Shown here: in pieces, positions 55,472 through 62,891 of the stretch | How positions within the stretch are numbered: position 1 is the first letter of the stretch | How the letters are laid out: every line of letters starts with the position of its first letter | Assembly: GCA_039738415.1 (NCBI GenBank) | Contig: JBCLLY010000002.1 | Span: 9,792-73,791, forward strand | Length of the DNA: 64,000 nucleotides | Direction: 5' to 3' | Source of the DNA: Candidatus Levyibacteriota bacterium | GTDB taxonomy: Bacteria; Patescibacteriota; Microgenomatia; Levybacterales; GWA1-39-11 | The notes under the pieces: generated by a model | What the model was told of the DNA's origin: nothing | The model's database searches: none | What the model saw: only the letters and a program-made list of their open reading frames with translations | Program-made: the position numbers and the translations under genes

Positions 55472-56074
55472 ATGGAAGTTATGGGTAAGAAAATAGCATT
55501 TATAGCCGGGTATTTTTTTAGCTCACTTGTTCTTTTTCTAATTTTAACTTTTGCGCTTTTATCTACTTTATTTAATTCTGGGCAGCTTCACAAAACTCTT
55601 ATTTACGAAAGCACCGCTCAAAAACCCAGATATCAAGCCTTGCCCGACAAAACACGCGAAGTTCTTTCCGAAACTACAATTGAAGATGGAAGAGTAACAG
55701 CGCTACAAAAGTTTTTTGCCCAATACGAATCGCCATTAGAACCCCATGCCCAACTAATAGTGGAGCAAGCTGATAACTACGGACTGGATTATAGACTTTT
55801 ACCGGCAATTGCAATGAAGGAGAGTACCTTGTGTCATAAAATTCCAGAGAATTCATATAACTGCTGGGGGTATGGGATTTACGGCGATAAGGTAACTCGC
55901 TTTGAAAATTTCGAAGAAGCAATTTCTACCGTGTCAAAGGGACTAGGGGAGAGATATATAGACATAGGACTTGTTGATCCATTCGAAATAATGACTAAGT
56001 ATAATCCAGTAAGCACTGGTTCTTGGGCTGAAACGGTAAGTTATGTGATGGATAGGATATCCACACGTCTATAA
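55472..56074 (+). CDS. membrane-anchored SLT-like (lytic transglycosylase-like) domain protein, paralog 1
   Basis: ADNYGLDYRLLPAIAMKESTLC...CWGYGIYG. It is a paralog of 56358..56900. The start was chosen at M21 of ORF 55412. Confidence 0.5.
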   Translation: MEVMGKKIAFIAGYFFSSLVLFLILTFALLSTLFNSGQLHKTLIYESTAQKPRYQALPDKTREVLSETTIEDGRVTALQKFFAQYESPLEPHAQLIVEQADNYGLDYRLLPAIAMKESTLCHKIPENSYNCWGYGIYGDKVTRFENFEEAISTVSKGLGERYIDIGLVDPFEIMTKYNPVSTGSWAETVSYVMDRISTRL

Positions 56075-56114
56075 TTAGCCTCAAAACAGTCCCAACAGCC
56101 TGTAGTTTTACCCC

Positions 56115-56143
56115 TTGACAAACCTATAGTCACGTGCTATACT
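56115..56143 (+). promoter_or_regulatory. near-consensus sigma70-type promoter
   Basis: TTGACA (56115-56120), 17 nt, then TGCTATACT (56135-56143). Confidence 0.6.
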
Positions 56144-56357
56144 TCGCAATAGGTCCTAAGGTAGCCCAAAACTACTTTAGGATTTTTTAAAGGCGAAAGC
56201 CTAACCCTGAGCTTGCTCGCGGTGAGTTTGCGCAATCCGTCGAAGGGTATAACCAATTAGTCTCCACTTCCCCACAAGTTTTAGTAATCCTCAAGTTTCG
56301 TTTTAAAAACGCAGCTTGAACAATTACAAAAACTTTCGCCTCATCGGCGAACTATTT

Positions 56358-56900
56358 ATGAATAAACTAATAATCATAGCAGTGATAATTATTGCTGCAT
56401 TAGTATTACCCAATAAAATTGAGGCTTATCAGAATGAACAAACTTCATCTGCAAAGCTTGCGTTTAACGTGGAAAGAATAAGCTCCGAAGATATCCGTGT
56501 TCAGGCTCTGCGGAGGATGTTTGAAAAGTACAGCTCTCCTCTTGCAGACATGGCTGGTTCTTATGTGGAGTTTGCCGACAAAAATGGAGTAGACTGGAAA
56601 TTACTTCCTGCGATTTCAGGTCTTGAATCATCTTTTGGTAAAAGACTTATGCCTAACTCGCACAATGCGTACGGTTGGGGTGGCGGATATATTTACTTTG
56701 ATTCGTGGGAACATGGAATTGACACGATTACTAAAGCGCTTTCTGCAAAGTATTATGCTAGGGGTGCTGATACAGTGTGGACCATTGGTCCAATTTACGC
56801 TGAATCTCCCACATGGGCTATTCGTGTTAATAGCTTTATGCAGAAAATTGAACAGGAATATGTAACATTACTTCGTGATGAAGTAAAGATAACTATCTAA
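56358..56900 (+). CDS. membrane-anchored SLT-like domain protein, paralog 2
   Basis: ADKNGVDWKLLPAISGLESSFG...AYGWGGGYIYF. The start was chosen at ATG 56358 (MNKLIIIAVIII). Confidence 0.5.
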   Translation: MNKLIIIAVIIIAALVLPNKIEAYQNEQTSSAKLAFNVERISSEDIRVQALRRMFEKYSSPLADMAGSYVEFADKNGVDWKLLPAISGLESSFGKRLMPNSHNAYGWGGGYIYFDSWEHGIDTITKALSAKYYARGADTVWTIGPIYAESPTWAIRVNSFMQKIEQEYVTLLRDEVKITI

Positions 56901-57003
56901 TCCCTGTGGAAATCATGCCCTCACGCATTGTATAATACCACTAAAGATAACTTTGAAGTTTGATTTTCATAATTCTTGCTTCATAATTCATGATTCTTTT
57001 TTT

Positions 57004-57086
57004 GCCCGGGTGGTGAAATGGTATACGCGCTGGTTTTAGGAACCAGTGTCCGTAAGGACGTGGAGGTTCAAGTCCTCTCCCGGGCA
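57004..57086 (+). tRNA. tRNA-Leu(UAG)
   Basis: Acceptor GCCCGGG/CCCGGGC, anticodon arm CTGGT TTTAGGA ACCAG, long variable arm, T arm GGAGG TTCAAGT CCTCT. Confidence 0.85.
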
Positions 57087-57288
57087 CAAATAGTCTTACC
57101 CATAAAAAAGCACATATATGTCAGCTGAGTCTACAATGTCATTAATAAATCTGGAAACCGAACGCGGAGCCAAATATTTTAAAGTGGAATAGTCAATGCT
57201 GCTCAAGTTGAGCCCAATAAGTGAAATAAAAAGTTGAAATATTTGCTGACAAATTTAAACTACAGGAAATTTCAGTTATAATAGCCAA

Positions 57289-58161
57289 ATGGTAAAAAAA
57301 GGAGAGACTCAAACACAAAAAACCACTTCTCCAAAAAGGGAAATATTACGACACCTTGACGGAACAATTGAACTCAATATAACTGTTTCTTCTCAAGATG
57401 TTGAAAAACAACGCGCTAGAATAGAGGAAAAGCTAATAGAAAACGTTGTTATTTCCGGTTTTAGAAAAGGCAAAGCACCGAAAGAACTTGCAAAAAAAGC
57501 AATTTCTGAGGAAAAAGTACGAGAAGAACTACTTAGAGTTGTTATCACCCGAGAGTACGGCAAGGCGGTAGAGAAGCATAAGCTTAAGCCTATTTTAACC
57601 CCACAGGTCCACATCGAAGCATTTGAAAATGGACAGGATCTTAAATTTAGCGCTGAAGTTGCTGAGGAACCTAAAGTAAAGCTGGGAGACTACAAGAAAG
57701 CTATAAAGGATTTGAAAGTAAAATCTAAAATCGTTACTGAAAAAGGGAAGGATTCGCAAGAACCTTCAATTGATGCGATAATTACTGCAGGCATATCACA
57801 AGCAAGGATTGTAATTCCAAATGTAATAATTGAAAGAGAAGTCGCAAGACTTTTATCCCAACTAATAGATGAAATAAAAGCACTTGGAATGACTCTCGAG
57901 CAATACCTAGAATCTAAAAAAATAACCGCCGAACTACTACGCGATGAGTATAAAATACGGGCACAGCGTGATATAAAACTGGAATTTTTCTTGAGAAAAG
58001 TTGCTGATGAACAAAATTTGACAGTAACAGCAGGGGAAATTACTGCGTCTATTGCAAAGATAGAAAACGTTACCCAAAAAGAGGAAGTAAAGAAAAATCC
58101 ATATTTGGTTGCAAGTATCATAAGACAACAAAAAACCATAGACTTTCTGACTCAAATTTGA
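57289..58161 (+). CDS. tig: trigger factor lacking the central FKBP/PPIase domain
   Basis: The N-terminal domain carries the GFRKGKAP signature. A short linker joins it directly to a C-terminal-domain-like region, for 290 aa total. TATAAT (57277-57282) sits 6 nt before the ATG. Confidence 0.75.
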   Translation: MVKKGETQTQKTTSPKREILRHLDGTIELNITVSSQDVEKQRARIEEKLIENVVISGFRKGKAPKELAKKAISEEKVREELLRVVITREYGKAVEKHKLKPILTPQVHIEAFENGQDLKFSAEVAEEPKVKLGDYKKAIKDLKVKSKIVTEKGKDSQEPSIDAIITAGISQARIVIPNVIIEREVARLLSQLIDEIKALGMTLEQYLESKKITAELLRDEYKIRAQRDIKLEFFLRKVADEQNLTVTAGEITASIAKIENVTQKEEVKKNPYLVASIIRQQKTIDFLTQI

Positions 58162-58192
58162 AAAAATAGCCTCAATATGCTATAATCGCAAC

Positions 58193-58801
58193 ATGAAACC
58201 AAATACCAACATAGTAGGCTCAAGCCTTGCTGAAGCAGGCGCCGGACTTTCAAGCAGCATTAGGGGACTATTTGAACAAACCAATAAAACTGCAAAGGGT
58301 CAGCTAAGCGAAGCGTTAAAAAACGCCCAATCTCAAGTTTTTGGACTTGAAACAGAACTTTCTGAAGGTGACGAAATGACATTGGGCGAAAAAAAGGAAC
58401 AGTCAAAGGGAATAAGCGCAGAACACCAAGCATATTTCAGGGAAATAATCACTGCACCAGTTAGATCTGAAAATGAAGACAGACAGCAACTAAAGGCTCA
58501 AATCGAGGAAATTAGAATAGAAATTAAAAAACTTAAAGACGCATCCTCTGAAATGGAGGTTATTTTTAAGCAAGTTTCCATCCAACAAGCACCTGAAAAA
58601 CCAGGCAAGTATCACTTAAATTTTTATGAGTGGGTATTTCTAACTATTCAAAACGTGCACAAAAAAATGGAAGAAGTTAACACTCTTGGTTCTATTTTTC
58701 AAAATAGACGCCAAGAGAAGCAGTATCTTGCTATGAGTAAAAAACACGGAACAAGTTTTTCAATGCATCATGATAGGGCAATAGCTCGTCAAACCGGTTA
58801 A
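58193..58801 (+). CDS. hypothetical protein
   Basis: 202-aa ORF. TGCTATAAT (58178-58186) sits 6 nt before the ATG. Confidence 0.4.
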   Translation: MKPNTNIVGSSLAEAGAGLSSSIRGLFEQTNKTAKGQLSEALKNAQSQVFGLETELSEGDEMTLGEKKEQSKGISAEHQAYFREIITAPVRSENEDRQQLKAQIEEIRIEIKKLKDASSEMEVIFKQVSIQQAPEKPGKYHLNFYEWVFLTIQNVHKKMEEVNTLGSIFQNRRQEKQYLAMSKKHGTSFSMHHDRAIARQTG

Positions 58802-58926
58802 TTTTTTCCTCAGGGCAAGTCAAAACTTATTGACATATATTCTATAAAATGCTATTCTAGCCTTAATGCAAAGAATACTTTCTAACAAGCTGTTACAAAG
58901 AGTCCTGCTGGGACTCTAGTTAAGCT

Positions 58927-58980
58927 TGGGAGGAAAGTATTTTTCTTTAAATTTAAACCTCCCACAGGGGAGGTTTTTTT
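58927..58980 (+). promoter_or_regulatory. terminator/antiterminator-like element in a 5' leader
   Basis: TGGGAGG (58927-58933) and GGGAGG (58968-58973) can each pair with CCTCCC(A) (58958-58964). The second pairing is followed by T7 (58974-58980). Confidence 0.5.
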
Positions 58981-59023
58981 ATGGTGTAATCCCGCCTGGC
59001 GGGGAAGAAAGGAGGTGTTAAAT

Positions 59024-59257
59024 ATGATTGAAAGAAGTAATTTACCAAACTCTGAAGGAGAAATTGCAGTAAGTATTGATAGTGATACTATCGGAGAAGA
59101 AGAGTTTAGACAAAAACCAAAAGTTTCATATGAGACCAGATTGGAAGAGGCTGGTGGCGATCCAAGAGTTCTAGCAGCAAGAGCTGCTGAAATCGAACGG
59201 GCGAGTTTCGACATGAATGCCCAACGGGAGTATCGAGTTGGAGACGTCACAGAATAA
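59024..59257 (+). CDS. hypothetical small acidic protein (77 aa)
   Basis: A strong SD (AAAGGAGGTG, 59008-59017) sits 6 nt before the ATG. No motif was recognised. Confidence 0.5.
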   Translation: MIERSNLPNSEGEIAVSIDSDTIGEEEFRQKPKVSYETRLEEAGGDPRVLAARAAEIERASFDMNAQREYRVGDVTE

Positions 59258-59302
59258 TATTGAATTGTTACATATTCTTTATTCTGTTAAAATTACCTCG
59301 TT

Positions 59303-59483
59303 GCGCGCATAGCTCAGTGGTAGAGTACTTCATTGACACCTGCCCGCTATGTACTTGGATCTATAGCTCAGTTGGTTAGAGCGTTGCATTGACATTGCAA
59401 AGGTCAGTGGTTCGAGTCCACTTAGATCCACAAGCAAGGCAGGCGGGTCGAAGGGGTCCATGGTTCAAACCCATGTGCGCGCA
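59303..59483 (+). tRNA. tRNA-Val(GAC) interrupted after the anticodon loop by a 109-nt insert (outer gene)
   Basis: The 5' half 59303-59339 and 3' half 59449-59483 share a 7/7 acceptor stem (GCGCGCA/TGCGCGC), an anticodon loop TTGACAC and a T arm CATGG TTCAAAC CCATG. Joined, they give 72 nt. Confidence 0.65.
59357..59430 (+). tRNA. tRNA-Val(GAC) (inner gene, complete)
   Basis: Acceptor GGATCTA/TAGATCC, anticodon arm TTGCA TTGACAT TGCAA, T arm AGTGG TTCGAGT CCACT. Confidence 0.85.
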
Positions 59484-59547
59484 CTACTCCAAGGTCATCC
59501 CGCTAAGGGGGATCAGGCGAGCATTTTTAATTTTTAATTATTCTTCA

Positions 59548-59582
59548 TACTTTATACTTACTACTTTATACTTTATACTTAT
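59548..59582 (+). repeat. five tandem heptamers (TACTTTA-like) abutting a start codon
   Basis: TACTTTA TACTTAC TACTTTA TACTTTA TACTTAT, then TCT and ATG (59586). Unit junctions create repeated TATACT hexamers. Confidence 0.7.
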
Positions 59583-59585
59583 TCT

Positions 59586-60161
59586 ATGACTCGAGACGGG
59601 GCATACCAAACTCTTACTGTTTATACACAGTCGCAAAATCTAATAAGACATAATTTGGCAGTAGAAGCTGCAATGAGGACTCTTGCGAAATATTTGTCAA
59701 CTGTAAAAAATCAATATTTTGATACTGAGCAGTGGGGAATAACAGGACTTTTGCACGATGCGGATTACGAGCTAACCCGTAAAACTCCGGAGCAACACAC
59801 TTTGTATCTGGAGGAAAAACTCGGCGAACAAATCCCACCCGAAATTATGTACGCCATAAAAGCCCATAATTTTGCTTATACGAAAGTTGAACCGATATCT
59901 CTTATGGATTGGTCATTATATACTTGTGACGAGACAACGGGTTTTATCGTCGCCTGTGCTTTAGTCCTACCCGATAAAAAACTAAAAAGCGTAACGGTCG
60001 AGTTTGTTATAAAGAAAATGGAGGATTTATCATTTGCAAGCAATGTTAACCGCGATCAAATAAAATTATGCGAAAAAAGCTTGAATATTCCTCTTCCTGA
60101 GTTTACCAAAATTGTACTTACTTCTATGCAAAGTATTGATAGTGAACTCGGACTCGCGTAA
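59586..60161 (+). CDS. HD-domain metal-dependent phosphohydrolase
   Basis: GLLHDADYE and KAHN motifs. Confidence 0.7.
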   Translation: MTRDGAYQTLTVYTQSQNLIRHNLAVEAAMRTLAKYLSTVKNQYFDTEQWGITGLLHDADYELTRKTPEQHTLYLEEKLGEQIPPEIMYAIKAHNFAYTKVEPISLMDWSLYTCDETTGFIVACALVLPDKKLKSVTVEFVIKKMEDLSFASNVNRDQIKLCEKSLNIPLPEFTKIVLTSMQSIDSELGLA

Positions 60162-60170
60162 AATAAAGTT

Positions 60171-60431
60171 ATGGACAAAAAGAAATCTGCAAATGAAGGG
60201 GCTCTTGATGTAATTGGGACAGATTATAGAAGTGCCTACAAACCGCTCAAAAAGATTATTTTTAATAATTTTATAGGTGGAATAGCATGGACACTAGGTG
60301 TTGCGACCGGTTCAACGATAATTATTGCTCTTTTGTCTTACTTTCTAGGTCAAATTAATCTTGTGCCTTTTGTTGGAAATTTTGTACTGAAAGTGGTGGA
60401 ATTTGTGCAGCAAAATAACCCCAACTTGTGA
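60171..60431 (+). CDS. hypothetical small membrane protein
   Basis: 86 aa with two hydrophobic helices. Confidence 0.4.
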   Translation: MDKKKSANEGALDVIGTDYRSAYKPLKKIIFNNFIGGIAWTLGVATGSTIIIALLSYFLGQINLVPFVGNFVLKVVEFVQQNNPNL

Positions 60432-60448
60432 TATAATACCAACCTCAA

Positions 60449-61693
60449 ATGGATTCAAATAATTTAAAAGATCACAAACAAATAGGACTAGAACAGGAGT
60501 TGTTCTTTACTGATGAGATTGCCCCCGGTGCCCCTTTCTGGCTTCCAAATGGAATGATTATTTTTAAAGAGCTTGAAAAGTATATCCGCGAGATAACTCT
60601 TCAAAACGGTTATCTGGAAACTTCAACCCCAATAATGGTTAAAAGCGATTTGTTCAAGCAGTCTGGGCATTGGAGCAAATTTGGCGAACATAATATGTAC
60701 AATTTGGAACTAAAAGATGATGAAAACGATGAACATCCGCAAAGCTATACGCTAAAACCCATGAATTGTCCGGAATCAACAGTATTGTACCGTTTCCGCC
60801 CAAGAAGCTATAAAGAACTACCTCTAAGGTTTTCAGAAATAGGCAGACTTCACAGACGCGAAAAGTCGGGCGAAGTAAATGGACTTTTGAGAGCTAGGCA
60901 AATTACTATGGATGATGCGCATATATATGCCACTGAGGAGCAAATTTTTGATGAAATAGACCGAATTCTTAAGATGATGATGGAATTTTATGACAAACTA
61001 GGATTCGAATATGATTTTAGACTCGCAACACGCCCCCAAGTCTATGCGGGTAATGAAGAGAATTGGAAAAGAGCGGAAAAAGATTTAGAAAAAGCGCTTA
61101 CGAAAAACAATCTTAAATTCAGCATAAAAGATCAAGATGGCGCCTTTTATGGTCCTAAAATCGACGTTCATATCAAAGATTCACTCGGACGCGAATGGCA
61201 ACTGGCAACAGTCCAACTGGACTTTCACCAACCCGAGGCATTTAACCTAACATATATTGATAGTGACGGCAGGCAAAAGCGCCCCGTTATGATACACCGC
61301 GCGATAATTGGTTCATTTGAAAGATTCATCGGAATTCTTACCGAACACTTCCAAGGAGCATTTCCTGTATTCTTATCACCAATTCAGGTAGTAATAGTGC
61401 CAATTAGCGAAAAACAAAACGACTACGCTAAAAAAATTGAGACTGAGCTCAAAAAAGCTAATATACGGGTAAAACTAGACGATAGAAATGAAACAATGCA
61501 GGGTAAAATTAGAGATGCGACTTTACAAAAAGCACCTGTAATCTGTATAATAGGCGGTCAGGAAGAAAAAGAGGCTGATGAGAAGAAAGAATTAATAGTT
61601 ACGGCAAGGCACAGAAATGGAGAACAAGAGAAGGAAGTTAAGCTTAAAACTCTAATTGAAAAAATAATAAAAGACATTGAGAAAAAAAAGTAA
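60449..61693 (+). CDS. thrS: threonyl-tRNA synthetase, catalytic plus anticodon-binding domains only
   Basis: It begins at HKQIGLEQELFFTDEIAPGAPFWLPNG, the start of the class II core. Length is 414 aa, with no TGS or editing domains. Confidence 0.85.
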   Translation: MDSNNLKDHKQIGLEQELFFTDEIAPGAPFWLPNGMIIFKELEKYIREITLQNGYLETSTPIMVKSDLFKQSGHWSKFGEHNMYNLELKDDENDEHPQSYTLKPMNCPESTVLYRFRPRSYKELPLRFSEIGRLHRREKSGEVNGLLRARQITMDDAHIYATEEQIFDEIDRILKMMMEFYDKLGFEYDFRLATRPQVYAGNEENWKRAEKDLEKALTKNNLKFSIKDQDGAFYGPKIDVHIKDSLGREWQLATVQLDFHQPEAFNLTYIDSDGRQKRPVMIHRAIIGSFERFIGILTEHFQGAFPVFLSPIQVVIVPISEKQNDYAKKIETELKKANIRVKLDDRNETMQGKIRDATLQKAPVICIIGGQEEKEADEKKELIVTARHRNGEQEKEVKLKTLIEKIIKDIEKKK

Positions 61694-62210
61694 CACACAG
61701 AACAAACTGCCCTTCTACAAAAGGAATCAACAGATTAGGGCAAATGAGGTAAGGCTTATCGACAACGAAGATAAGCAGATTGGAATAATGAGCTTAAGTG
61801 AGGCATTCTCAATGGCACGCGAGAAAGAACTTGATTTAGTTGAAATCGCACCGCAGGCAAAACCACCTGTTGTAAAAATTATAGACTTCAGCAAGTTTCT
61901 TTACTATCTAAACAAGAAAAAGAAAGAAGAGAAAAAGAATACAAAAACGTCGCAGACAAAGCAGATTAGATTTGGACCATTTATCGGAGAACACGATTTA
62001 GAAATAAAGCTAAAGAAGGCAAGGGCGTTTTTAGAAGACGGAGATAAGGTAAAATTTGCAGTAAGATTTGCAGGACGTCAGATTACTAAAAAAGAGCTGG
62101 GCGGACAAGTACTTAAAAAAGTACTTTTAAACCTTGACGATATAGCAAAACAGGAAAAAGAGATGAGAATGGAAGGAAGACAATTAGTCGTGATATTAAC
62201 AAAAAAATGA
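61677..62210 (+). CDS. infC: translation initiation factor IF-3
   Basis: IRANEVRLIDNEDKQIGIMSLSEAFSMAREKELDLVEIAPQAKPPVVKIIDF. The start codon is uncertain; IF-3 genes often use atypical starts. Confidence 0.85.
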   Translation: MRKKSNTQNKLPFYKRNQQIRANEVRLIDNEDKQIGIMSLSEAFSMAREKELDLVEIAPQAKPPVVKIIDFSKFLYYLNKKKKEEKKNTKTSQTKQIRFGPFIGEHDLEIKLKKARAFLEDGDKVKFAVRFAGRQITKKELGGQVLKKVLLNLDDIAKQEKEMRMEGRQLVVILTKK

Positions 62211-62416
62211 ATATGTCAAAAAATAAGATAAAAATTAAAAAATCAGTTAGAAACCGTTTTAGGGTAACTAAAAACGGAAAGGTGCTTCGTGGAAGCCAAA
62301 ATCTTTCACATTTACGTTCAAAACACTCAAAAAGAACTTTGAGACGCATGAAGGAGCCAAAGCAACTTGAAGGCAAATTCGCAAAAAAAATAAAACAAAT
62401 GCTCGCAATGGCATAG
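62207..62416 (+). CDS. rpmI: 50S ribosomal protein L35
   Basis: KIKIKKSVRNRFRVTKNGKVLRGSQNLSHLRSKHSKR. It has an ATGA overlap with the infC stop. Confidence 0.9.
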   Translation: MNMSKNKIKIKKSVRNRFRVTKNGKVLRGSQNLSHLRSKHSKRTLRRMKEPKQLEGKFAKKIKQMLAMA

Positions 62417-62493
62417 CTAGAAACTAGATGCTAGAAGCTAGATACTAGAAACTAGAAACTGGATACTGAATACTGAATACTGAATACTGAATA
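62417..62493 (+). repeat. eleven tandem heptamers filling the rpmI-rplT spacer
   Basis: CTAGAAA CTAGATG CTAGAAG CTAGATA CTAGAAA CTAGAAA CTGGATA CTGAATA x4, then T and ATG (62495). Confidence 0.85.
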
Positions 62494-62494
62494 T

Positions 62495-62845
62495 ATGACA
62501 AGAATAAAAAGAGGGACAATATCCCGACAAAAACACAAAAAAATACTGGTTCTTGCAAAAGGCTATAGAGGAACACGAAGCAAACTTATAAAAACTGCTC
62601 ATGAGGCGGTTTTACATGCTGACCAATATTCTTTTCATGGCAGAAAAAGAAAAAAACGCGATATTAGACGCCTTTGGATTACCAGAATTAACGGCGCACT
62701 TGACGAAAAGGGGCACTCATACAGTAAATTTATAAACGTTTTAAAGAAGAAGAATATATTGCTTGATAGAAAAATTATGGCAAATATTATTGTTGACGAT
62801 CCGAAAACATTTGAAACAATTATAGACAAAGCCTTCGGAAAATAA
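62495..62845 (+). CDS. rplT: 50S ribosomal protein L20
   Basis: MTRIKRGTISRQKHKKILVLAKGYRGTRSKL. Confidence 0.95.
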   Translation: MTRIKRGTISRQKHKKILVLAKGYRGTRSKLIKTAHEAVLHADQYSFHGRKRKKRDIRRLWITRINGALDEKGHSYSKFINVLKKKNILLDRKIMANIIVDDPKTFETIIDKAFGK

Positions 62846-62891
62846 CCTCCTTATCCTTTTTTTTCACTCATTCACGTGTATAATATAAAAC

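Noticed and set aside
56157-56168. TAAGGTAGCCCA (also at 42122-42133) as an rRNA fragment, because it resembles the conserved 23S string TAAGGTAGCGAAATTCC.
   Set aside because: The similarity ends after 9 nt. In both places the string is simply one arm of a local hairpin.
62417-62493. The heptamer array, and other short repeats, as a CRISPR array.
   Set aside because: The period is 7 nt with no spacers, and no cas genes are in the window. It is a microsatellite-like tandem repeat.
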